Below are positions 10,838 through 19,476 of a DNA stretch of 64,000 bases, piece after piece. Every line of letters starts with the position of its first letter. Positions within the stretch are counted from its first letter, which is position 1. The DNA is from Candidatus Bathyarchaeota archaeon (GTDB taxonomy: Archaea > Thermoproteota > Bathyarchaeia > Bathyarchaeales > Bathycorpusculaceae): NCBI GenBank assembly GCA_963826715.1, contig CAWGYA010000002.1, positions 288,001-352,000 of the forward strand. Reading direction: 5' to 3'. The notes under the pieces are model-generated. The model made no database searches. It saw only the letters and a list, made by a program, of their open reading frames with translations, and was not told the origin of the DNA. Position numbers and translations under genes: made by a program.

Positions 10838-10908
10838 CGATTAACACGTCAGTCTGAGATGGGATCGGTAGTCCCTGAGATGATGACGGTTATACGAATT
10901 CTGAGGCA
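10829..10908 (+). ncRNA. Box C/D-like sRNA with three D boxes
   Basis: C-like ATGACGA 10834-40; CTGA at 10854, 10875 and 10901; ATGATGA 10880-86; terminal TGCC/GGCA stem; TATA-like TTTTTATC ~25 nt upstream. Confidence 0.65.
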
Positions 10909-11421
10909 CAAACTCTCATTCTTAAGTTTAAACTCATTATATTAACTTGAAATCAGTTGCCCCATGATAACAAGTGCACAAAAGTACTCGATACTACCAT
11001 TTCTTTTCTTAGCTTTCTTTACAAAAGAAAGCGTCAATCATTGGCGAAGGCGAGCGAAGCGCGCCAATCACTATAAAGAAAAGTTTCTTCAAAGTCATTA
11101 TTTGATAACTTTTCTGCGCTCAACCAGAGCAGCTAAAAGTTGACTGATATCTACACTATCAATCTTTCTTCTGGTTGCTTCAATCAAGTTGTAAGTAAAA
11201 AATTTGTAATTAGACCACAAAAAAATTTCTTCAAGAAATTCTATCTGCAAATCTGTGATTTCTTTGTTATTCTTAATTTGCTCTAAAATGTGCAGAAAAG
11301 AACGCAGACTAAAATCATGAATAACATCTAAAATGATTAAATGAACTTCGTTTTTTCCAGCAATGCATCTATATTTTTAGAGAATTCTTCTCTAAATAAA
11401 CAGTTTGGCGTTTAGAATACA

Positions 11422-11700
11422 CTATTTTTTCGATTCAATTAGAATTTTTAAAACCAGTTTAAGTGCAGAGTCATAGCCATCACAATATTCTTTGCTCGCG
11501 TCCTTATCCGCATAAGTTTGCTCTACAATTTCTTTTCCGATGCCTTCATTAGTTAGCTGGATTGAGCCTTCTTTAAGCCAAATCAAAGCATCTACATACC
11601 CATGTTCTGAATCTGAAAGCTCATCTGTTATAGATGATTCTGCTTTCTGTCTGATAATTTCTTCAATCTTTTCTATTAACTCATTCTTAACATTACTCAC
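11422..11700 (-). CDS. Hypothetical protein with internal GYxxAL repeat
   Basis: 92-aa ORF; SEHGYVDALIWL / EYCDGYDSALKLV; SD-like GGTGA upstream. Confidence 0.6.
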   Translation of the reverse strand: MSNVKNELIEKIEEIIRQKAESSITDELSDSEHGYVDALIWLKEGSIQLTNEGIGKEIVEQTYADKDASKEYCDGYDSALKLVLKILIESKK

Positions 11701-11831
11701 TTCTTTTCACCAATTCGATTACTTGTTTGTCATATAGTTAAATAGCTGTCGGCTAACCCATCGCGCTTCAGTAAACCTTATTAAAAAACATTTGTTAAGA
11801 CCTTGAAAAGCCCGCTTTCCATTTATTAAAA

Positions 11832-11854
11832 TGCATGGGTGGGATTTGAACCCT
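11832..11854 (-). repeat. tRNA 3'-end fragment (att-site-like remnant)
   Basis: Reverse complement AGGGTTCAAATCCCACCCATGCA resembles a T-arm plus acceptor 3' strand; no 5' half present. Confidence 0.55.
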
Positions 11855-11980
11855 ATGACTAGTGGAGATGTCACCCGAACACTTCATTATTAGTTAGATT
11901 TTTGAAGTTATTGATATACCGATATTGTTAATGTGATTATTAAATAAAAGTCTTTCACGATCGTAGTTAATGAGAAAAGG

Positions 11981-12706
11981 TCACTGTGTACAGATAGTGG
12001 TCTTTCGATGCCTTCTAAAAAAAAGAGATAACAAGATAATGGTGGATAGAACAATGGCTATTGTGATGCTTGTAGGCAGTAAGTAATCTATCGGCTCTAA
12101 ATGTGGTGCATTTATTGGTGGAAAATAATCCATACTTGCTTGGTGTATGGAAACCCTTGAAGTGGCCCCTGTTATGGTTATTCCAATATTAGCTCCACTC
12201 CAACCATCGCCTTGCTGTTTAGCTACTCCATCGATGTAGACGTCAGGGGTTCTTGTTGGTGAATAAGAACTATACAGGTAAGTATAATCCACAGTTTGGT
12301 TACCTCTTCCTTCTATTGTGTAATTGAGCCATGAGTCAGTATAATTGGTATATTGTTCTGAGCCGTTTCTGGTTAAGTAATTGAATGAAGTAATGGTTAA
12401 GTTGCAATTGTTGGCAGAAATCGTTAGGTCAACTGTTCCATTTCCTGTTGAGAAATTAGTAAAAATCCAAAAAGGTGGCACATAAAGCCCATTGATGGTA
12501 TTATAGTGAGCAGGATAATATGTAGCTCTGGTATTAGACGCATTTTCTGAAAGCATTATTATGGCGTTAGTATCTGGAATGGTATACTGGTTATCCGTGT
12601 CTTTTGTGCTTTTAGCATTTACTGATTGACAGGTAGTCAATGAACTAAGGAATATAATAGTAAGCAGTAAAGCCAAAGTTCTGTTCTTGCTACCCATACC
12701 AATCAT
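11981..12706 (-). CDS. Secreted/membrane-anchored surface protein, paralog of 34920-35594
   Basis: Signal peptide, many N-x-S/T sites, C-terminal TM helix with basic tail. Confidence 0.8.
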   Translation of the reverse strand: MIGMGSKNRTLALLLTIIFLSSLTTCQSVNAKSTKDTDNQYTIPDTNAIIMLSENASNTRATYYPAHYNTINGLYVPPFWIFTNFSTGNGTVDLTISANNCNLTITSFNYLTRNGSEQYTNYTDSWLNYTIEGRGNQTVDYTYLYSSYSPTRTPDVYIDGVAKQQGDGWSGANIGITITGATSRVSIHQASMDYFPPINAPHLEPIDYLLPTSITIAIVLSTIILLSLFFRRHRKTTICTQ

Positions 12707-12808
12707 TATAACATATGGATGATAAAAGGCTAATCATAAAAGATTCTTGACGAATTTAAGTCGGGCTTCTTGACCAAATGCGCTCGCTCAATCTGTTTTG
12801 GAGCAGAA

Positions 12809-12958
12809 TCAAGAGGATTGAAGAACCAAATTGTCGCCTTCAAGTTTCCAAAAACGTTGACGACCAGAAGCCGACCGCCTTAATCTTTTCAAAGGAACAC
12901 TACCCACATGAAAGCCACCTTGATTCCCTTTTTTAGAAATCCTCAAAACTACCTTCAA
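12809..12958 (-). CDS. AbrB/SpoVT-like microprotein B (49 aa, not in ORF track)
   Basis: MKVVLRISKKGNQGGFHVGSVPLKRLRRSASGRQRFWKLEGDNLVLQSS; TTG start immediately after the stop of its paralog. Confidence 0.65.
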   Translation of the reverse strand: MKVVLRISKKGNQGGFHVGSVPLKRLRRSASGRQRFWKLEGDNLVLQSS

Positions 12959-13102
12959 TTAACACGACTCCAAAACAAGCCATTCCCCTTCCAAAGACCA
13001 AGCCAATTTACGACCAGAAGCTAACTGTTTCAATTTTTTCATAGGAACGCTACAAATCCGAGAACCATTCGGAGTAGTAGTCACTTTCAATAAGACCTTC
13101 AA
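12959..13102 (-). CDS. AbrB/SpoVT-like microprotein A (47 aa, not in ORF track)
   Basis: MKVLLKVTTTPNGSRICSVPMKKLKQLASGRKLAWSLEGEWLVLESC; GAGGA upstream; clear homology to the adjacent ORF. Confidence 0.65.
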   Translation of the reverse strand: MKVLLKVTTTPNGSRICSVPMKKLKQLASGRKLAWSLEGEWLVLESC

Positions 13103-13211
13103 ATCAAGCTATCCTCATCAAATTACCTATCCCATTTCCTTGATTTATGCTTTATTATCGTGTATTATTAGTGATATTTCTTAGTGAGATTTGTTATATA
13201 TTATCAAGTGA

Positions 13212-13421
13212 AGGTCGTGGCGCTCACGCGCCCGACGACGACGCTAAGCCGTTGGTAGCGCAACGATGCACTCCTTGAGTGCATTTCAAAGTGATAGTAG
13301 CTTGCCCCAAACTCCAGCCCCCCACCTCAAGAGGGGGGCTTAAAAGCAACCGACACCTCGCGTAGCGGATGACCCCACCCTTTAGGGTACCCCCCCGCAC
13401 GCAAGGGCTCTGTCGGTTGCA
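13212..13421. other. GC-rich multi-hairpin non-coding block (origin or ncRNA candidate) containing the right copy of the ~80-bp motif
   Basis: Stems GCAACCGACA/TGTCGGTTGC, AGCCCCCC/GGGGGGCT, TGCACTC/GAGTGCA and GGCGC/GCGCC. Confidence 0.7.
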
Positions 13422-13479
13422 CGCTGGTTTAGTGTTTGAAGCGAATACTACTGAAGTTGATTTTATACGAACGTTAAAC

Positions 13480-14751
13480 CTATTCCTTTTTTGGTTTAAT
13501 GTACCCTGACTTTAGCTTCTCAGCATCTTTTTTGAATTTCTCAGCAAACTCTGGATCTTTCGCTAACTTGTCAGCTACTTGCTCCACTATGCCCTCAGCC
13601 ATTTCCTTGTAACTCTCTGAATTTGCTATTTGCTTAACCATGTTGCCCAAAGCAACGAGCTCGCTTTTCACTACCTCAAGCTCCTCGCCTTTTTCGTCAA
13701 GTTGCTTCTTTATCTTTTGATTTTCCTCAGAAATCACATCCGTAATTGTTCTTTGCTCAGTCAAATCGCTTTGAAGCTTGTTTATGGCATTTTTCAGCGG
13801 TTCAATTTTCTCAAGATCTAATCTTGGCTGTTCTTTTATGCTTAGAAACTTCTTTAATTGAATAAACTTCTGCCTCAGATTAACAGTTGTTAAATAGGTA
13901 TCGTCTGACTGCGCTATGGCTTTTCCACACAACTTCTTTCCAGCAGTCAATCCTATCCCACTGTCAATAGATGCCGAGAGAAACATTTTCCTAAAACAAT
14001 GAAACGAAATACACTTGCCATTAAGGTTAATCTTTGCTTTTTCTGCTAACCGTTGCAAGAGCTTGTTTAGCCACTCATCCGAGATACTTCTGCTTCCATT
14101 AGACGGGAAAAGGTAAGGATTACCATTTTTACGCTCCAAAGTTGGCAAATAGACTTTAAGAAGGTCAACTGTCTCTTGGCTAAGAAAACCATACGCTAAA
14201 ACTCCCTCTTTTGTAGTCATAATCTCAAAAGATATTGGTGGTTCCTGATCTAAAGGGGGCAAATCAGATTTTTTAAGCTCAATGAAGTCGCCTATCCTTA
14301 AGCCTAAATCCGTTGCCATGCTCAAAATTACTCTTTCTCGCAGGTCAGCAACTTCAAACATTTTACGCACATATTCAATCGTTAGAGGGAAATTCTTGGT
14401 TGTTTTAACCGTTTTACCTATTTTGCTTCCATTTCTAAAGCGTATGGGCATTTCATAGTATCTGAAAAGTTGCCTAATTCCTAAAGTCTGAACTCTTGCT
14501 GTGTTGATGCTTCCTTGCGTCAAAAGATGGCTATGGAACTTTTCTATTTCCTTTTCAAATCTTGATGCTCTATTTCTGAAATCAATTAGGTTTTCACCTC
14601 TTAGCTGTGTGAGGTCTTCTTTTCTTAGTTCAAGGATTTGTTCAGCTGTTTTTCCGTACCATTCACAGAATTTTTTTAGTCCATGTCTGTAACATTTTCT
14701 TGTTTTTGGGTTTGATATTGATTCAAGGAAGACTTGACTACTCAATTCCAT
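13480..14751 (-). CDS. Tyrosine recombinase/integrase with C-terminal coiled coil
   Basis: GLRIGD (R), FHCFRK (HxxR) and DTYL (Y); SAM-like N-terminus. Confidence 0.9.
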   Translation of the reverse strand: MELSSQVFLESISNPKTRKCYRHGLKKFCEWYGKTAEQILELRKEDLTQLRGENLIDFRNRASRFEKEIEKFHSHLLTQGSINTARVQTLGIRQLFRYYEMPIRFRNGSKIGKTVKTTKNFPLTIEYVRKMFEVADLRERVILSMATDLGLRIGDFIELKKSDLPPLDQEPPISFEIMTTKEGVLAYGFLSQETVDLLKVYLPTLERKNGNPYLFPSNGSRSISDEWLNKLLQRLAEKAKINLNGKCISFHCFRKMFLSASIDSGIGLTAGKKLCGKAIAQSDDTYLTTVNLRQKFIQLKKFLSIKEQPRLDLEKIEPLKNAINKLQSDLTEQRTITDVISEENQKIKKQLDEKGEELEVVKSELVALGNMVKQIANSESYKEMAEGIVEQVADKLAKDPEFAEKFKKDAEKLKSGYIKPKKE

Positions 14752-14849
14752 TCATCCACACTCCATATATTTTGTGTGGTATATCAAACTACCTCAAAAA
14801 CCGACTAATAGTTTAGTGTACACCCGCATTATCCTTTTTTATTGCTTGG

Positions 14850-15022
14850 CTACTCACTTTTCGGCATTTCAAAAGTAATGTAATGGCGAATAAGCTAAAA
14901 CCATCATTGATATGACCTCAAGCCCAGATAATTCTGGTATACAGTTGGCGAAGGTGTAGGTATTACAGTTGGTGAAGAAGTGTTTGTTGATGTTTATTGA
15001 GTAGGGTTCGTTGTGGGGTGTG
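14850..15022 (-). pseudogene. C-terminal remnant of a Thr/Pro-linker, PEF/PEL-CTERM-like surface protein
   Basis: Broken frames give TSSPTVIPTPSPTV / PELSGLEVISMMVL / LFAITLLLKCRK. Confidence 0.4.
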
Positions 15023-15116
15023 TAAGAAAAACACGCCAGAAAAGCTAACCTATGCTAAGACGTCAATTGGGAAACTTTTCTGTTTAGCGGATAATTAGAA
15101 AAGCCTTTTAAGGCAC

Positions 15117-15404
15117 TTGGACTCCCAAAGGGAAGCGGGGGGAACTATAATTAATCGTTTAGAGGCAGTGGATTTTCTCAAAGAGGTTTATGCAACATTC
15201 GGGGAAACACTGACGATCTCATCAGCGTGGCTAAGTCCCTCATCCAAAACAGGTGTTAACGACCCACAAGATTACGACATAGTTCTAAACGCAGAATTCA
15301 ACGAAGTCGAAATTAAAAGTATTAATTTGGTACTAAAAAATCATAATCTGGAAATGAAAAAGGAACAGAAGGGATGGTTAATTTTTAAAACAACAAATAG
15401 TTAG
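15117..15404 (+). CDS. Hypothetical protein
   Basis: 95-aa ORF with protein-like composition; start uncertain. Confidence 0.55.
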   Translation: MDSQREAGGTIINRLEAVDFLKEVYATFGETLTISSAWLSPSSKTGVNDPQDYDIVLNAEFNEVEIKSINLVLKNHNLEMKKEQKGWLIFKTTNS

Positions 15405-15529
15405 TTTGTCTGTTATATTCTGCAGCAAAACACGCTTAATTCAGGTTCTGGTTGGAAACATTTTTACCACACCATTTTTAGTCAAATAACCTGTGGCTCA
15501 TTAAATTGTTAATATTAGACTGATGATTT

Positions 15530-16441
15530 ATGGGAAAACTCGAATGCAAAAACTTAACCAAGGTTTATGCTGAAAACCAAACCGCTCTCGACCATGTCTC
15601 TTTTTCTGTTGAAACAAAAGGCATATTTGGGTTAATCGGCAGAAATGGTGCAGGAAAAACTACTCTTATCCGCATCTTAGCCACTGAATTGCTGCCCACC
15701 TTAGGAACCGCAAATATTAACGGCATAGATATCCTCACCCAAATGGGGAAGTTACGGGAGAAAATCGCTATTGTTCCTCAGGAAGCCCGAGCAATCCGCT
15801 GGATGACGCCCAAACAAACCGTTTTCTCTTATTTGCTCTGGCGTGGATACAGCTATCGAGAAGCTAGCAAACGAGCGTGTGATTCCCTAGCTAAACTGGG
15901 GTTAACGCAGTATTCAGGAATGCTCAACAGTCGACTCTCTGGAGGAACCAAAAGAAAAGTTCTAATAGCAACCGTAACCGCATCGGAAGCCGATATTATC
16001 TTCCTCGACGAACCAACTACAGGGCTTGACCCGATTTCCAGGCGTGAACTATGGACAATTCTACGTGACCTCGGAAAGGATCGCTTCATTTTTCTAACAA
16101 CACATTATCTTGAAGAAGCAGAGCAACTTGCGGATAAAATAGGCATTTTAAAGGAAGGCAAACTGGTTTCGGTGGGCAATCTCGGAGAATTAAGGACAAG
16201 TGTACCATACCAGTATAGTATAAAGTTGCTACCAAATGTGGAGATCCCCAGCATAGACAATGCGGAAGTCACAACCAGCAGTAGCGGTTTTACCCAAATA
16301 ATGACTAATGAAGCAGAAGCATTCCGTCTGGCAAAATTGCTTTCAGAGAAGGGCACAAAATTCTCCATAACCCCTGTTACCCTGGATGACATTTTTTTCC
16401 ATTTGGTGGGGCAGAAAGTGAGGGATGAAGCTGAAGCATAG
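15530..16441 (+). CDS. ABC-2 type transporter ATP-binding protein
   Basis: GRNGAGKTT, LSGG, IFLDEPTTGLD and TTHYLEEA motifs. Confidence 0.92.
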   Translation: MGKLECKNLTKVYAENQTALDHVSFSVETKGIFGLIGRNGAGKTTLIRILATELLPTLGTANINGIDILTQMGKLREKIAIVPQEARAIRWMTPKQTVFSYLLWRGYSYREASKRACDSLAKLGLTQYSGMLNSRLSGGTKRKVLIATVTASEADIIFLDEPTTGLDPISRRELWTILRDLGKDRFIFLTTHYLEEAEQLADKIGILKEGKLVSVGNLGELRTSVPYQYSIKLLPNVEIPSIDNAEVTTSSSGFTQIMTNEAEAFRLAKLLSEKGTKFSITPVTLDDIFFHLVGQKVRDEAEA

Positions 16442-17174
16442 TAGGTTGAGCCAGATTCTTGCAGGAGTTCTCGTAAACGCTGTCTATGAAATGAAAAACT
16501 ACCCCGTAGTACTCATAAGCACTGTAATTTCGCCGCTTTCGCTTCTGGCAGTCATCACTTTTGTGAGCAAAGGTGAATTGTTGGGAACAGCCATCGAAGG
16601 AGGATTAATCATGATTTTCTTTTCAAGCGGAATCGCATTACAGTCCGACCTCTCTCATCTCAAAAATGACTTCAAACTGCAAGATATGATTGTAAGTTCA
16701 CCTACAAGTGCAAAAATGTATTTGAGTGGTATGGCGATCGCTGAAATTGTCTATTCCATCCCAGGCATAGCAATACTCATAGCGCTTGCCGCAATCTACT
16801 TACAACCCAGTCTTATCCAGATCGCGATATTAGCCACGGTTCTGCTCCTAATGTTCGCAGTTTCCATTGCAATCGGGTTTATGCTCTCAACCCTTTCCAG
16901 CGATGTAGTACAAAGTTATGCATTCTCACGACTTCTTTCGCTGCTCTTTGCCACTTTGCCACCAGTTTACTATCCCATAACCCTAGTGCCCTCACCGCTC
17001 AATTACTTAGCATATCTATCGCCTACAACATACGCTGCGGAAATTATGCATTCAGCCACCGGCTACCTGCAGCTTTCAGCAGCAAATTTGGCTTTGGACT
17101 GGATAGTTCTGCTAGGAGTATGCGGTGTTATAATAACCATTGCGGCGAAGAAACACCGCTGGAGAGACATCTAA
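16425..17174 (+). CDS. ABC-2 type transporter permease
   Basis: About 6 TM helices, YYPI..P and SPTTYA; overlaps the ATPase gene. Confidence 0.88.
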   Translation: MKLKHSRLSQILAGVLVNAVYEMKNYPVVLISTVISPLSLLAVITFVSKGELLGTAIEGGLIMIFFSSGIALQSDLSHLKNDFKLQDMIVSSPTSAKMYLSGMAIAEIVYSIPGIAILIALAAIYLQPSLIQIAILATVLLLMFAVSIAIGFMLSTLSSDVVQSYAFSRLLSLLFATLPPVYYPITLVPSPLNYLAYLSPTTYAAEIMHSATGYLQLSAANLALDWIVLLGVCGVIITIAAKKHRWRDI

Positions 17175-17177
17175 ATG

Positions 17178-17429
17178 TCAATATTTTTTACCCAATGTCA
17201 GTTTCTTTCGGATTTCCATAACCTCAGATGCATTGTCAGCTAAAGCATTAAGCCAGAGATCAAACTCGTCTTCAGAGATTTCTTTTTGAATTATACCCTC
17301 TTGATCGCCAGAGAAATATCTGGAAGGAGCAGCAGAAAAAAGTTTAACGTAAAATATTCTGTCAGCTATCTCAATCTGTGAGGAGCAACAAACATTCTCG
17401 CCTACACAGTAATCAATATGGTATCCCAT
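17178..17429 (-). CDS. Hypothetical protein
   Basis: 83-aa ATG ORF convergent with the permease. Confidence 0.55.
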   Translation of the reverse strand: MGYHIDYCVGENVCCSSQIEIADRIFYVKLFSAAPSRYFSGDQEGIIQKEISEDEFDLWLNALADNASEVMEIRKKLTLGKKY

Positions 17430-17721
17430 TGGTAACCCATTCTGGAAGTGCCAGCTTATTTACTTAAAATTTTCCCAACAAAAATGCAATTTTATCAGAG
17501 ATTACGTTAAGTCAAAAAACCTTTCGCTCATTCCAATATTGCCTTCTGTCAGTCTGTACATATTAGGCTTAAAAGGCAAATATATTCATGTCCTGATCAT
17601 TATCTCCCTTATTTCATGCAAAATCTACTGGATATTCGAAGTGCACCGTTGATAAATCAGATCATTAAACGGTATCAGATTATATTGGCATTCAGAAATC
17701 CAATCGAACACTGACGGTGAG

Positions 17722-19329
17722 TTATTTTTTTGTCTTTAAGAAAATATACGCCGCTGCAAGAGCGATAATTATTATTACTAATGCCGCAACTACTAAAACA
17801 GTGGGAAACGTAGCAATTGTAAAATACATTTTCTGGTCAGATGTGTTTCCCAAGTCATCAGTGGCATATATGGTTATGCGATGAGACCCATCTGATAGTG
17901 CAGGCAAAGTGACGTTTCCGAGAATGGTAACAGTGTCCTGAGAGTCTAAGCTGTAAGCTAAATACTTAGCCGCCTCATCAATCGTGAATGACAATTGGAT
18001 ATCAGTTGAGTCATAAGATTGATTCTGCGGCGAAAGTACCGTGATACGTGGTCCCAACATATCTACTGAGAAATAAACTGTGTCTGAAGCACCCATATTC
18101 CCCATGCTATCATTAGCATAAATGGTTACGTAATGCCCTCCTTGACTAAGACCCAAAAGCTTTGTCGACGCTCCAAGGGTTATATTTGCCCTTCCATCTA
18201 CGCTGTATCCCATCCAAAAAATAGCCCTATTAACTGAAAAGTCCAACGTTACCTGTTGATATGTCCTGTTCCCAGGCGATGTAACCACAACTTTGGGCGG
18301 CACCGCTCCATAGCCCGCAGGTGTATATTGTTCAGTCGTATCAAGCCAATTTGTTCCGTCAAAGCCGCCTATTGCATAGAGAATATCTTTCACCACAACC
18401 AAACCAAGATATGCTCTACTGGTCGACATTGCCTCAATGTAGTTCCAAGAGTTATTTGATATGTTAAAAACTTGAGTCTGGCTACTAAAAACATCCGCCG
18501 AATATCCACCAACATAGTATATACGCTGAGGGGCAAGATAGCCTTCTGTTGCAGCCGCTGCGCCATAGCTAGATACTTCTTTTAGCGATGCTGCTTTGCT
18601 CCAATTGTCATTAACAGCGTCATAAACTTGGTTATTATTCACGATTACTGTGTTGCTCAACGAGTTCGGTTGCCTTGAACCACCCAAAAAGTAGATGCTG
18701 GTATCAACTACAGCAGAACCATAACCTTCAAGAGGAGTAGGCATCGACGTTCCAGTACTCCAAGTGTCGCTAGCAGGATCATAAATCTCATTTATGCCTG
18801 TTTCTATAGAATAGGGGCTGACATTGGAGTAGCGTTTTCCTCCGATTAGATATATTTTATCGTTAACAACATTTGCACATAAATCAGCTCTGGGAGTAGG
18901 CATTGAAGCTTTGGTTTGCCAAGAATTCGTAGCTGGATCATAAACTTCGTTGTTTCCTACATATCCGTTGCCAACTGTCCCACCAAAAACGTAGATTCTA
19001 TTTTGGTAAACAGCTACTGCAACACCACTTCGAGGCGTAGGCATAGCTGCTCTACTTTTCCAAGTATTGGTTGTAGGGCTGTATTCTTCGTTGTCATTGA
19101 GAGGGAAACTACTGCCGTTAATGCCGCCTATAGCGTAGATTTTTCCGTTTACAGCTGCCACACCAGAGCTGCCACGAGCTATCGACATAGGCGCTACATT
19201 GTTCCAAGCGGATGCGCCAGTTTCTGCAGCCGCAGGTGAAATGCTCAGGGCTAAACTTAATGTTGACAACAATGTCAATACAATAAGCATGTATGTTATG
19301 AGTTGGCTCTGCTTATTTATCGGTGACAC
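17722..19329 (-). CDS. Kelch-repeat surface protein with Ig-like domains and C-terminal TM anchor
   Basis: Six Kelch repeats (MPTPR..., IYxxGG, YDPxxxxW); signal peptide; two GxHxxTIYAxDxxGN modules. Confidence 0.9.
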   Translation of the reverse strand: MSPINKQSQLITYMLIVLTLLSTLSLALSISPAAAETGASAWNNVAPMSIARGSSGVAAVNGKIYAIGGINGSSFPLNDNEEYSPTTNTWKSRAAMPTPRSGVAVAVYQNRIYVFGGTVGNGYVGNNEVYDPATNSWQTKASMPTPRADLCANVVNDKIYLIGGKRYSNVSPYSIETGINEIYDPASDTWSTGTSMPTPLEGYGSAVVDTSIYFLGGSRQPNSLSNTVIVNNNQVYDAVNDNWSKAASLKEVSSYGAAAATEGYLAPQRIYYVGGYSADVFSSQTQVFNISNNSWNYIEAMSTSRAYLGLVVVKDILYAIGGFDGTNWLDTTEQYTPAGYGAVPPKVVVTSPGNRTYQQVTLDFSVNRAIFWMGYSVDGRANITLGASTKLLGLSQGGHYVTIYANDSMGNMGASDTVYFSVDMLGPRITVLSPQNQSYDSTDIQLSFTIDEAAKYLAYSLDSQDTVTILGNVTLPALSDGSHRITIYATDDLGNTSDQKMYFTIATFPTVLVVAALVIIIIALAAAYIFLKTKK

Positions 19330-19476
19330 CCACGCTTCTCTGATTAGGTAGTAAATAACAGTTTATGCTTATATTCCTTAAACATAAGGATCCATATAAT
19401 CCATTTTTTTAATCGCGTGCAGTAGTTTGGGTAGAAAATGTTTAATGCATCTAAAGATAATTCTAGTGGATATAAT

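Larger units (their letters stand above)
10300..15050. mobile_element. Small integrated, partly decayed plasmid/virus-like element (boundaries approximate)
   Basis: Low coding density, tyrosine recombinase, tRNA 3' fragment, hairpin blocks, inverted homologous motifs and gene fragments between housekeeping genes. Confidence 0.65.

Noticed and set aside
12820-13060. Direct repeat (ACGACCAGAAGC...AGGAAC) as CRISPR or iterons
   Set aside because: Only two copies, explained by the two paralogous micro-ORFs; no CRISPR array seen anywhere in the window
13427-14819. GTTTAGTGT on both sides of the integrase as a target-site duplication
   Set aside because: A 9-bp AT-rich match could be chance; no other support
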